Origin: an uncultured Gammaproteobacteria bacterium
GTDB lineage: Bacteria > Patescibacteriota > Microgenomatia > UBA1406 > GWC2-37-13
Direction of reading: 5' to 3'
Length of the DNA: 64,000 bases
NCBI GenBank assembly: GCA_964543535.1
Contig: CAZIYS010000001.1
Location: 195,159-259,158 of the forward strand
Below the pieces are notes generated by a model. The model was not told the origin of the DNA. It was given only the letters and a program-made list of their open reading frames with translations, and did not search any database. Position 1 is the first letter of the stretch. Every line of letters begins with the position of its first letter. Shown one piece after another: positions 29,856 to 38,563 of this stretch. Made by a program: the position numbers and the translations under genes.

Positions 29856-30455
29856 TTAGAAAGTTCTTTTTTTATAGTCTAAGTAAGTCTTGCTAAATTT
29901 ATCTTCCATCTCCTTCTCTTCTTGTTTGGCCAAAATAAAATAACGGATAATCAAGATCGGCGCCATAAGAAGAGTAATTAAGGTTGGCCATTGGAGAAGA
30001 AAACCAATAATAATCAGAATAAAACCAATGTATTGAGGGTGGCGGACATATTTATAGACACCGGTTGTTGCCAAAATATTTTCTTTTTGCGCTTTGTATA
30101 AGACTTCCCAGGCAGTGGCAATGAGAACTAAACCGCCAATAATTAAGCCATTACTAATTAGATGAAGATAGTTAAAATGCGGATCTCCGGAAATATTCAG
30201 AAGTTTATTCAATACGTGGCCTGAATCGTGAGAAAAATCAATATTAAAAAATTTGTTACCAAACCACGAAGTTAACAGATAAATAGTTAAGGGAAATCCA
30301 TACATCTCGGCAAAAAGAGCGACTATAAATGCGGAAAACGTCTGATAAGTCCGCCAATCGGTTTTACTGCGGGGCTTAAAAGCCGATTTTAGAAACACTA
30401 AAAAAATGACTATGCTAATTATGACAAGAAACCAGTTTCCATACTCGTATTTCAT
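29856..30455 (-). CDS. isoprenylcysteine carboxyl methyltransferase (ICMT/PEMT) family membrane methyltransferase
   Basis: VYKYVRHPQYIGFILIIIGFLL motif. Confidence 0.75.
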   Translation of the reverse strand: MKYEYGNWFLVIISIVIFLVFLKSAFKPRSKTDWRTYQTFSAFIVALFAEMYGFPLTIYLLTSWFGNKFFNIDFSHDSGHVLNKLLNISGDPHFNYLHLISNGLIIGGLVLIATAWEVLYKAQKENILATTGVYKYVRHPQYIGFILIIIGFLLQWPTLITLLMAPILIIRYFILAKQEEKEMEDKFSKTYLDYKKRTF

Positions 30456-30496
30456 AGTTCGATAAACTCACTATAACCCTGAGCAAAGTCGAAGGG

Positions 30497-30763
30497 TCAT
30501 AATGACAAAATCTTGCTGATGAACTTCTTTTTATCCAGAGTACCGCTAGAAAAAAGTTTTCCGTTGATGATAATTCCCGGGTTGGATAAAACCGAATGTT
30601 CAACGGCCAGATCTAAACCCTTTGCAGTGATGATATTAATTTTTTCAATATGTAGTTTAAGATAAGAAAATTCTTTTTTGACTTCCTGGAATATGATTTT
30701 AGCCCGCTCACATTCCGTACACCCGGGAGCAGTCAAAAACTGGACTTGAATTACCGGTTTCAT
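30497..30763 (-). CDS. small thioredoxin-fold protein (glutaredoxin-like, CxxC)
   Basis: 88 aa with TAPGCTECE motif. Confidence 0.7.
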   Translation of the reverse strand: MKPVIQVQFLTAPGCTECERAKIIFQEVKKEFSYLKLHIEKINIITAKGLDLAVEHSVLSNPGIIINGKLFSSGTLDKKKFISKILSL

Positions 30764-31458
30764 GGATTATTTTTTGGGTTCTGTAATTGATCAATATGAC
30801 TTAAAAGAACATTGGCCGGGACATTCATGTTGGGAAAATCAGCTGATGAATGTATTTTCCCATCCGGAGTAATATGAATATAGGTATGGCCAGCCCGATC
30901 GTCATGCATTGATGAAGGTGTACCTAAGGCTTTATATGCTTTTGTTACTTTCCGGTCGGCATCAATAAGAATCGGAGTAGTAATTCTTTCTTCTTTAAGA
31001 ATTGGGTTCCAGGTTGCCTGATCATCCACGCTAACCGGAATAATTATTGTATTCAATTTCTCAAAATCATTCTTAAACCGTTCCAACCGAGATATTTCCT
31101 GCCAGCAAGGAGCACACATCACTCCTTCGTTAAAAAAAAGAAAAATATTTTTTCCTTTATATTCTGATAGTGAAATTGTTTTTCCTGATGTTGAGGGAAG
31201 ACTGAAATCTGGAGCTATTGTTCCAGGGGCGAGTGGTACAAATTTTTTATTGCTTGCGGCTCCTCCCCCGCCATGATGATCAGCCATCGGATCGGCAGCG
31301 GCAACCTGTTTATTATCAGCTTTGACTTGATTTTTACTGCTGGCCATCGAATACCCGACCACAACCGTCATAATAATAAGAATAATAAGGGCATAGGTTA
31401 ATATTTTATCCTTTGATAACGAAAAAACAACCTGATCTGTATCTGTAATATCTTTCAT
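30760..31458 (-). CDS. membrane-anchored redoxin (AhpC/TSA / ResA-like thiol-disulfide oxidoreductase)
   Basis: TM anchor. FFNEGVMCAPCWQE CxxC block in a thioredoxin fold. Confidence 0.75.
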   Translation of the reverse strand: MKDITDTDQVVFSLSKDKILTYALIILIIMTVVVGYSMASSKNQVKADNKQVAAADPMADHHGGGGAASNKKFVPLAPGTIAPDFSLPSTSGKTISLSEYKGKNIFLFFNEGVMCAPCWQEISRLERFKNDFEKLNTIIIPVSVDDQATWNPILKEERITTPILIDADRKVTKAYKALGTPSSMHDDRAGHTYIHITPDGKIHSSADFPNMNVPANVLLSHIDQLQNPKNNP

Positions 31459-31482
31459 ATCTCTATTTATATACTTTTAATA

Positions 31483-31500
31483 ATTAAGATTTTATTAAGG
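31483..31500 (-). promoter_or_regulatory. direct-repeat box, candidate response-regulator site
   Basis: attaaga (31483) and attaagg (31494), 11-bp period, upstream of a TATA-rich -10 and the ATG at 31458. Confidence 0.45.
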
Positions 31501-31508
31501 GCTCGTTC

Positions 31509-31579
31509 GTCCCGCTTAGCGGGACGATTACGGCCCTTTATGCCGCATCCTTAAAGATCGTATTATTAGCGGATGCGGC
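31509..31579 (-). terminator. two GC-rich hairpins directly after the CcdA-like gene stop
   Basis: gccgcatcc...ggatgcggc (9-bp stem) abuts the stop codon. It is followed by gtcccgc-tta-gcgggac. Confidence 0.5.
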
Positions 31580-32428
31580 TTAAGACTGCCGGGATTTTCC
31601 TTTAAGAAAAAATCCTATGCCAATTAATATAATGATTAACAGAAATATCCAGTCCGGCACTCCGCCAGTCAAATTTAAAATTTTTCTTTGCATTAAAGTC
31701 ATCGTCGCCACTAACCGTGTTTGCGAAGGAGTGATCGATGTTATCTGATTGGTCGTTGCCAGATAAAGAATATAAATCCCGATTATTAAAAAAACCATAC
31801 CGGTTATAAGATTGGTCGAATGAATCATTAACTGTCTATTAAAAACTTTAAACCGGAAAGTAAATCCCCTGACAAACCGGCTTTCTGAAAAGTTAAAGCT
31901 TTCCCAAAAAAAAGCGAGAATGAAAAGAGGAAAAACCATACCAAAGACATAGACTAAAGACAGAATCAAGGCCTGAAAAGTACTCGCTGAAAGAGCAGTC
32001 AACGTTAATACTCCAGCCAAAACCGGCGCACAGCAGGATGAGGCTAAGCCGGAAAATAGACCCAGTCCAAAGACAGAAAAGACATCATGCTTTTTTAAGA
32101 GCGGGGCGGTTTTGAAAGGCGGGTTGAATTTTTTTCCGGAAAAAGAAAGCAGCGCCAATAAAATCATAAAAACTCCGCCTAAATAAAAAACCTGGGTATG
32201 ATAATTCTTAAAGAGCGAGCTTAAAAATGAAACGCCTAAACCGATCGGTACTAAAATAGCGGCTACTCCCAAGAAAAAAACAAAGGTCATCAAAAGAATC
32301 GCCTTCTTTTGTTTGAAAGTATAGGCAAAATAGGCAGGGAGCATAAAAGTTATACAACAAGGGGCAAACAGAGCTAACATTCCTCCTAAAAACGAGGCAA
32401 TAATTGAGGTTTCAAATAAAATATTCAT
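31580..32428 (-). CDS. CcdA-like membrane protein with vicinal Cys-Cys in both halves (copy 1)
   Basis: LFAPCCITFMLPAY and SSCCAPVLAG. Paralog of ORF 38560..39393. Confidence 0.7.
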   Translation of the reverse strand: MNILFETSIIASFLGGMLALFAPCCITFMLPAYFAYTFKQKKAILLMTFVFFLGVAAILVPIGLGVSFLSSLFKNYHTQVFYLGGVFMILLALLSFSGKKFNPPFKTAPLLKKHDVFSVFGLGLFSGLASSCCAPVLAGVLTLTALSASTFQALILSLVYVFGMVFPLFILAFFWESFNFSESRFVRGFTFRFKVFNRQLMIHSTNLITGMVFLIIGIYILYLATTNQITSITPSQTRLVATMTLMQRKILNLTGGVPDWIFLLIIILIGIGFFLKGKSRQS

Positions 32429-32560
32429 TTAATGACAACTTTTTTTTGAATTTTTATCATTATCACCACCATGACCACCATGGTTTCTCATCATAATTAT
32501 ATGAATAAGCGGACATAACAGTAATATTGCGTAGGGAAGGATGCTTTTTATAATATCCAT
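32429..32560 (-). CDS. 43-aa DUF2933-like membrane peptide (not in the ORF track)
   Basis: My own translation: MDIIKSILPYAILLLCPLIHIIMMRNHGGHGGDNDKNSKKSCH. Its stop is immediately followed by the ATG of the next gene. Confidence 0.55.
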   Translation of the reverse strand: MDIIKSILPYAILLLCPLIHIIMMRNHGGHGGDNDKNSKKSCH

Positions 32561-32583
32561 AGCCCAAGAATACCTGATTGGTT

Positions 32584-32601
32584 ATTAAGAAATTATGAAG
32601 A
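32584..32601 (-). promoter_or_regulatory. direct-repeat box, candidate response-regulator site
   Basis: attaaga (32584) and atgaaga (32595), 11-bp period. Overlaps the kinase stop codon, upstream of the ATG at 32560. Confidence 0.45.
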
Positions 32602-33600
32602 AACAAGAGGCAGGCTGATCGTAAAAACAGTCTTTTTGCCGACTTTGCTTTTTACTTCTATCTCTCCCCGATGAGAGTTAACTATGGCTTTAGCAATCGC
32701 CAGTCCTAATCCCGACCCGAGGGTCTTTTCTCCGGAGGATCCCCGGTAAAAACGGTCAAAAATACGGGAGATATCTTTTTGAGATATGCCTACACCATTA
32801 TCTTTTATTTCTATAATTGCCTGATATTTATTCTTCTTAAGAACGATTTCAACTTTGTCTTTTGTAGGAGTGTATTTGATCGCATTATCAATAATATTTA
32901 AGAGTGCCCGTCCCAGCTTTTCTTTAAAACCAATAATTTCGATGTTTTTATCAAAAGAACCGGAGACTTTAATATTTTTCTTTAGAGCCATTTTCTGAGC
33001 CAGTTCAAATAATTCTTCCATTAGTTCACTGAGATTAAATGAAATAGCATTTTTTTGTTCCATCGGTGTCTCCGACCAGGCCAGATCCAGAACATTTTTT
33101 AACGTCGTTGAGACGCGGTGAGTTTCTTGAACTGCCTCTTTAAGAGTTTGGCGGTATTCATCTTCGGTTCTTTTTTGATTCAAAGCGATTTCTAGAGTAC
33201 TTCGTAACGTTGATAAAGGTGTTTTCAGTTCATGAGCCACATCGGCAATAAACTGTTGTTCGCGCTTAAAAGCAAAATGCAGGCGATCAAGCAGTTGGTT
33301 GAATGTCTGTGCAAGTTCACCGATCTCATCGCGACTGTCAATTCCGTCAACCCTCTCATCAAGATTTTTACTGGAAATCATTCGCATCCGCGAGGATAGA
33401 TAGGTAAGGGATTCGGTGATTTTATAGATGATAATAAAACCAAATAGAGCCAAAGTTAAAAAAAGAAGCAGAATAAAATAAAAACCGTTTTTAAAAGCAA
33501 ACACGTGGACAACTAAAACAATAAATATTCCTAACAAAGCAAGGCTGCCTATATACCAAAAAAAAAGTTTTTTTATTAAACTGTCAACCGGCTTTCTCAT
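32593..33600 (-). CDS. sensor histidine kinase (HAMP-HisKA-HATPase; CusS/CopS-like architecture)
   Basis: H-box ADVAHELKTPL, N-box IIDNAIKYT, G-box GSGLGLAIAK. Two N-terminal TM helices. Confidence 0.85.
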   Translation of the reverse strand: MRKPVDSLIKKLFFWYIGSLALLGIFIVLVVHVFAFKNGFYFILLLFLTLALFGFIIIYKITESLTYLSSRMRMISSKNLDERVDGIDSRDEIGELAQTFNQLLDRLHFAFKREQQFIADVAHELKTPLSTLRSTLEIALNQKRTEDEYRQTLKEAVQETHRVSTTLKNVLDLAWSETPMEQKNAISFNLSELMEELFELAQKMALKKNIKVSGSFDKNIEIIGFKEKLGRALLNIIDNAIKYTPTKDKVEIVLKKNKYQAIIEIKDNGVGISQKDISRIFDRFYRGSSGEKTLGSGLGLAIAKAIVNSHRGEIEVKSKVGKKTVFTISLPLVSS

Positions 33601-33602
33601 CT

Positions 33603-34274
33603 TTATTTTTTGCCAATTTTATAACCGACCCCGTGGACGGTCTGGATTAATTTATTTTTAAATCCGGAGTCGACTTTCTTCCTTAAAGTAGCCACAAAAA
33701 CGTCAACCACATTAGACAGTGCATCGAAGTTATAGTCCCAGACATGTTCGGTAATCTGGGTTCGGGTGACTACTTCACCCTGATGTCTTAGTAAAAATTC
33801 AAGAATAGAAAATTCCTTGGGAGTTAAAAAAATTATTTTATTGCCTCTTTTAGCAGTATGCTTAACCGGATCAACTTCCAAATCCTCAACCTGAAGAGTG
33901 GTTTGCGTTTGATTATGACTGCGGCGAAGAAGAGCTTGAAGGCGGGCTTTCAGTTCGGTAAAAGCAAATGGTTTGGTGAGATAGTCATCAGCACCAACAT
34001 TTAAGCCTTCGACTTTATCTTCAACCGTGGTTTTGGCGGTTAACATAAGAATGGGTGTAGTAATTTTTTTATTTCTCAAGCTCCGGCAAACATCCAGTCC
34101 GTTAATTTTAGGCAGCATGACATCAAGAATGATTAGGTCATAACTTTCTGATTCAGCTAAATACTGTCCTTCTTCTCCGTCAAATGCCTGGTCGACGGCA
34201 AATCCTTCCTCAATCAATCCTTTTCTGACAATATTAGAAAGTTTTCGCTCGTCCTCAATAATTAAGATTCTCAT
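33603..34274 (-). CDS. OmpR/PhoB-family response regulator
   Basis: Receiver domain DLIILDVMLP...LTAK and a winged-helix C-terminus. ATG at 34274 is preferred over the track's TTG at 34280. Confidence 0.9.
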   Translation of the reverse strand: MRILIIEDERKLSNIVRKGLIEEGFAVDQAFDGEEGQYLAESESYDLIILDVMLPKINGLDVCRSLRNKKITTPILMLTAKTTVEDKVEGLNVGADDYLTKPFAFTELKARLQALLRRSHNQTQTTLQVEDLEVDPVKHTAKRGNKIIFLTPKEFSILEFLLRHQGEVVTRTQITEHVWDYNFDALSNVVDVFVATLRKKVDSGFKNKLIQTVHGVGYKIGKK

Positions 34275-34285
34275 AGGCAAATGAT

Positions 34286-34315
34286 ATTATAGCTAATATG
34301 AAGATATCATTAAGT
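34286..34315 (-). promoter_or_regulatory. autoregulatory promoter: direct-repeat box plus TATAAT
   Basis: atgaaga (34298) and attaagt (34309), 11-bp period, 6 nt upstream of TATAAT (34286-34291). Confidence 0.5.
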
Positions 34316-34370
34316 TTTAAAGTTATATCTTAATTAAACCTTCACAAACTGATTGCTATTATTTTTACAT

Positions 34371-34532
34371 ATGGAGGATAAATTTTCAAAGTTTTCATTA
34401 TATGTTTTTATTACTGGAGTCATTATTGCTTTGTATGTTTTAATTAACTCTCTTCTTCATACCTCAATTGGCTCAAAGATTGTCAATCCACCGCCTGCCT
34501 CACAATTTATGGGACCAAATGCCAAAGAATAA
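34371..34532 (+). CDS. possible 53-aa single-TM protein on the opposite strand (not in the ORF track)
   Basis: MEDKFSKFSLYVFITGVIIALYVLINSLL... fills an otherwise unexplained 254-bp gap. TTAAAC-17-TATTAT lies 8 nt upstream. No SD. Confidence 0.3.
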   Translation: MEDKFSKFSLYVFITGVIIALYVLINSLLHTSIGSKIVNPPPASQFMGPNAKE

Positions 34533-34534
34533 AT

Positions 34535-34882
34535 TTAGGGAAGAAGAAATCCTCCTTTATAACCGGGAATCCACCAGGGAATAAAGACGTAGATCATAAA
34601 AGCAATACGAAAGATAATAGAAAATACTACGTAAAAAATAATTAAAAGCAAGTGGTCTCTTATGTTCTTATGTCCCTTTTTCTCACAACATCTTCCGTAA
34701 TATTGATACAAAAAAAAGAAAAGCCCTCCCACAAGAAGAAGCGGGAGAAGAAAAATTTTCTTATCCCCCTCTTGACGAACCAACAAAAGATAACCGGAAG
34801 CGGCAAGAAAAATAATCAGGCCGCCACAACAAACAAGATGGAACAAAAAAAACGGCACCACTGACCCAATAAACTTTTTCAT
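34535..34882 (-). CDS. MerF/MerT-like small membrane protein with two vicinal Cys-Cys pairs
   Basis: HLVCCGG lies in TM1 and GRCCEKKGH in a loop. The layout resembles mercury/metal uptake proteins. Confidence 0.5.
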   Translation of the reverse strand: MKKFIGSVVPFFLFHLVCCGGLIIFLAASGYLLLVRQEGDKKIFLLPLLLVGGLFFFLYQYYGRCCEKKGHKNIRDHLLLIIFYVVFSIIFRIAFMIYVFIPWWIPGYKGGFLLP

Positions 34883-34924
34883 TTTTTCTTTCCGCCACCG
34901 TGACAGCCTTCGTGTTTCATAGGT

Positions 34925-37165
34925 TTATATTTTTGCTTTTTTTAGAAAAAGCGAATTTGTAACTACTGAAATGCTAGAAATTGCCATTGCTCCTGAGGCT
35001 AAAATCGGACTAATCCACCCCATCATGGCCACCGGTATCAAAACTACATTATACGCGAAAGCCCAAAATAAATTAAGCTTAATTGTTTTCATTGTTTGTT
35101 TGGATAATTTAATCGCCGAAACCACTGACATTAAATTTTTATTAACTAAGGTAATCCCGGCCGCTTCAATCGCAACGTCGGTGCCGCTTCCCATAGCAAT
35201 CCCGATGTCAGCGGAGGCAAGCGCCGGCGCATCATTAATTCCGTCTCCGATCATAGCAACTATTTTTCCTTGTAATTGAATCTTTTTTACTTCTTTTTCT
35301 TTGTCCTGTGGCAAAACTTCGGCTAAAACGTTTTCTTTTTTAATCCCAACTTGATTAGCAATTGCTATTGCTGTTTGATTGTTGTCTCCGGTAATCATAA
35401 ATATCTCAATCTCTAAATCTCTCAATCTCTGAATTGCTTCTTTAGCCGTTTCTTTAATCGTATCGGCAATGGCAATTGCGCCTACTAATTTTTCATCTAT
35501 ATAAACATAAACTACGGTTTTGCCTTGATTTTTTAGTTTTTGAGCCTGGTCACCCTTAGGGTGTTCAGCCACGAGTTTACCTACATAAATCTTTTTTCCG
35601 TTGATCATCCCTTCAACACTTTGACCGGTAATTGATTTAAACTTAGAGACTTTAATTAATTGAAGTTTTTCTTCTTGCGCTTTATTAACAATTGCTTCGC
35701 CCAAAGGATGCTCGGAATTTTTTTCGACAGATGCGGATAGAGTTAAAAGCGAAGATATTAAATTTTTTGCGGTTTGTGGTTTTCCGTCAAAAAATTTCGA
35801 TATCGAGCTTTTATTTATCACAATAATGTCTGTCACTTCTGGTTTGCCTTTCGTCAATGTCCCTGTCTTGTCAAAAATTATTGCTTTGATTTTATGGGCA
35901 GTTTCCAAGCTCTCAGCATCTTTAATTAATATTCCATGTTGAGCCCCGATTCCTGTTCCAACCATAATCGCAGTCGGGGTTGCCAGTCCCATTGCGCAAG
36001 GACAGGCAATAATTAAAACGGCAATCGAGTTAAGCATTGCCAAAATGAATCCGCCGGCTGACGGCCCAAAAACATACCAACCAACAAATGTTGAGATAGC
36101 CAACATTATCACAATAGGAACAAAATAAGAAGAAATAATATCGGCCAATCTTTGAATTGGGGCTTTGCTTCCCTGTGCTTCTTCAACCATTTTAATAATT
36201 TGGGAAAGCATGGTATCTTTACCGACTTTAGTGGCTTTATAAACAAAACTTCCCGATTTGTTCATCGTCGCTCCAATTACCATATCTCCTTTATATTTTG
36301 AAGCGGGCATGCTTTCACCAGTCACCATCGACTCATCAATTGCTGATTCTCCTTCAATAATGACTCCGTCAACAGGAATTTTTTCTCCCGGTCGAACCCT
36401 GATTAAATCACCAGCAACAACCGCATCAATTGAAATATCGATTTCTTTTTTATTTCGAATTACTCGAGCAGTTTTTGCCTGAAGGCCGATTAATTTTTTA
36501 ATCGCTTCTCCTGTCCCGGCTTTAGCTTGAGCTTCCAAGAACCGGCCCAACAAAATCAAACCAATAATAACTGTTGAGACGTCAAAATACGGTTCGGTTT
36601 TTAAATTTAGTCTTTCAAAAAAACCAGGAAAAAATACTACTGCGGCAGAATAAAGATAAGCTACCGTTGTTCCAATCACTACCAAAGTATCCATGTTGGC
36701 AAGGCGGTGTTTTAAAGAAGAAATCGCCGCTTTGTAAAAATCATAAGCTCCCCAAAACTGGACAATTGACGCCAGGAAAAAATGATAGAACATGTTTTTT
36801 AAGATATTTGGAGCCGTATTCAAAAGCCCTGGAAAACTCCCCCAAACGACTAAGCCAGCTAAAATTAGGCTGACAGTAGTTTTAATCTGGAGGTCTTTCA
36901 ATTCTTTTTCCTTTTCTTCTTTGATCTTCTCATCCAATGAATCTTCCTCGTGGGTTTCATCTAACATCGCTTCGTAACCAACACTTTCTACTGCACTTTT
37001 TATAGCATCATTTCCAATTGGCATAGCCGCAGTTATAGTGGCTTTGCCAGTATTCAAATTAACAACCGCTTCAGTAACTCCGGGAATTGCTTTTAATGCT
37101 TTCTCATTGGAATAAACGCACGAAGCACAGTGCATGCCTTTAATGGCAAAAGTTTGTTTATTCAT
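34925..37165 (-). CDS. copA: copper-translocating P1B-type ATPase
   Basis: N-terminal [37 protein letters not shown]. Confidence 0.95.
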   Translation of the reverse strand: MNKQTFAIKGMHCASCVYSNEKALKAIPGVTEAVVNLNTGKATITAAMPIGNDAIKSAVESVGYEAMLDETHEEDSLDEKIKEEKEKELKDLQIKTTVSLILAGLVVWGSFPGLLNTAPNILKNMFYHFFLASIVQFWGAYDFYKAAISSLKHRLANMDTLVVIGTTVAYLYSAAVVFFPGFFERLNLKTEPYFDVSTVIIGLILLGRFLEAQAKAGTGEAIKKLIGLQAKTARVIRNKKEIDISIDAVVAGDLIRVRPGEKIPVDGVIIEGESAIDESMVTGESMPASKYKGDMVIGATMNKSGSFVYKATKVGKDTMLSQIIKMVEEAQGSKAPIQRLADIISSYFVPIVIMLAISTFVGWYVFGPSAGGFILAMLNSIAVLIIACPCAMGLATPTAIMVGTGIGAQHGILIKDAESLETAHKIKAIIFDKTGTLTKGKPEVTDIIVINKSSISKFFDGKPQTAKNLISSLLTLSASVEKNSEHPLGEAIVNKAQEEKLQLIKVSKFKSITGQSVEGMINGKKIYVGKLVAEHPKGDQAQKLKNQGKTVVYVYIDEKLVGAIAIADTIKETAKEAIQRLRDLEIEIFMITGDNNQTAIAIANQVGIKKENVLAEVLPQDKEKEVKKIQLQGKIVAMIGDGINDAPALASADIGIAMGSGTDVAIEAAGITLVNKNLMSVVSAIKLSKQTMKTIKLNLFWAFAYNVVLIPVAMMGWISPILASGAMAISSISVVTNSLFLKKAKI
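35745..35812. repeat. AT-rich hairpin element family E, in-frame copy inside copA
   Basis: Differs by only a few bases from 37175-37240. Translated as [23 protein letters not shown] between DKTGT and SEHPL. Confidence 0.85.
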
Positions 37166-37174
37166 ATGTTTTTC

Positions 37175-37240
37175 AAAGCGAAGATATCAAATTTTTTGCG
37201 GTTTTTTGTTTTCCGTCAAAAAATTTCGATATCGAGCTTT
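37175..37240. repeat. AT-rich hairpin element family E, copy in the copA upstream region
   Basis: aaagcgaagatatcaaattttttgcgg...ccgtcaaaaaatttcgatatcgagcttt. The arms are self-complementary. Confidence 0.85.
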
Positions 37241-37278
37241 AAATAACCCGTTAACATGTTAACTCGTTAACCAAATAA

Positions 37279-37632
37279 CTATTTAATAATTAGTTTGCCG
37301 TGGAACATACCCATGGCACAGGAAAAATCAAACTCCCCTTTTTTATCGGGGGTGATTTCAACAGTTACTTTCTCATTCAGAGGTAATGATTTTTTAATTT
37401 TAAAGTCGGCAAAAATCACTTCTTCCAAACAACTATTACTGTCTTTTCTTTGAAAAACTAGTTTTGTTGTTTTCCCATATGGAATTGCAATCCTTTCCGG
37501 TTTATAACCACCATCAACTAAGATATCAATTCTTCCTTCTGCTTGAATTGTATTAACTTTTTTCATAAAAAAGAACCAATAAGTAAATATTATGCCTAAG
37601 ATGCCAGAAACAGCAACAATTATTTTATCCAT
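37279..37632 (-). CDS. membrane-anchored cupredoxin-like domain protein
   Basis: TM anchor and FSCAMGMFHGKLIIK C-terminus. Same motif as the C-terminus of ORF 24735..26048. Confidence 0.65.
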   Translation of the reverse strand: MDKIIVAVSGILGIIFTYWFFFMKKVNTIQAEGRIDILVDGGYKPERIAIPYGKTTKLVFQRKDSNSCLEEVIFADFKIKKSLPLNEKVTVEITPDKKGEFDFSCAMGMFHGKLIIK

Positions 37633-37633
37633 A

Positions 37634-38563
37634 TTAAACCCCGCATCCTCCTCCGGTTTTTGGCGGCTGTTCGACTATTCCTTTATTAATTAACCACTGT
37701 TTAGCCGCTTGCCAACCTGAGGAAGAAGAAAATTCTTTACCTAATATTATCTGGGCTGGAACCTGGCTAAATTTTTTCCCTTCCTTATTTTTAAAGTATA
37801 ACGCCAAATCATAGTAATTACTTGGGAACCAAAATGCATTAAAGTATTTGGCCGCTTCAAACATCTGATTTTCCGTGGCATTATTTCCTGCCATCAACTG
37901 TAACACTGCCAGTAACGCCATTCCGTGGTTGCAGTCCGGAAAAGCAGTCGAATTATCACAACAAGGACGATAGATATTGCCAGCTACTTTTGCCACTAAC
38001 GCCTGTTGTTGATCGTTTAATGAAATCAGGCTTTCTTTTGAAAAATAATTCATTGGGTCACCGGCCGCCAAGCTCCAGCCACCGGTTGAGGCAAAATTAC
38101 CAACCTTGCCTTCACCGTACTTAACAATATCGCCTTCATCTAAAACCTTTGATTTATTGTTTAAACCAACGGCCCAGAAAAAGTTGAGCAAAAAATAAGA
38201 ATTGTCACGATCTATCTTGATTTTTTTATCTGATCCTTTAGTCAAAATTTCCAGCTGCTCTTTAGTTAACGGCTGAGCGCTCTTTTCATATGTCTGTTTA
38301 AACTTTTCCAGATCAATCACTCCGGAAGCAACCATTTTAGGCCCTAAATCGTCATATTTCGCATTAATCTCAAAGCCTTTTTCCGGATTAATTTCATCAA
38401 ATAAATTTGCCGTTTCTTTTTTCGCGGCAGTTTCTTTGCTTTTTGAGATTAACTTATTAACCTGCGGCTTTAACACATAGGCTAAAGCTAAAATATTTAA
38501 CCCCAAACTCAATCCCAAAACAATAAGCCAAAGATTTTTGGCTGGTTTTTTTGTTCTTTTCAT
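37634..38563 (-). CDS. secreted Cys-rich protein, P-C-C-D...D-C-x-H family (paralog 2), ends in GGGCGV
   Basis: Signal anchor. YRPCCDNSTAFPDCNHG. ATGA overlap with the upstream CcdA-like gene. Confidence 0.6.
   Translation of the reverse strand: MKRTKKPAKNLWLIVLGLSLGLNILALAYVLKPQVNKLISKSKETAAKKETANLFDEINPEKGFEINAKYDDLGPKMVASGVIDLEKFKQTYEKSAQPLTKEQLEILTKGSDKKIKIDRDNSYFLLNFFWAVGLNNKSKVLDEGDIVKYGEGKVGNFASTGGWSLAAGDPMNYFSKESLISLNDQQQALVAKVAGNIYRPCCDNSTAFPDCNHGMALLAVLQLMAGNNATENQMFEAAKYFNAFWFPSNYYDLALYFKNKEGKKFSQVPAQIILGKEFSSSSGWQAAKQWLINKGIVEQPPKTGGGCGV

Noticed and set aside
35400-35440. atctct-type low-complexity run inside copA
   Set aside because: It encodes the conserved stretch just before the TGD motif ([14 protein letters not shown]) with no extra residues. 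I judged it compositional coincidence.
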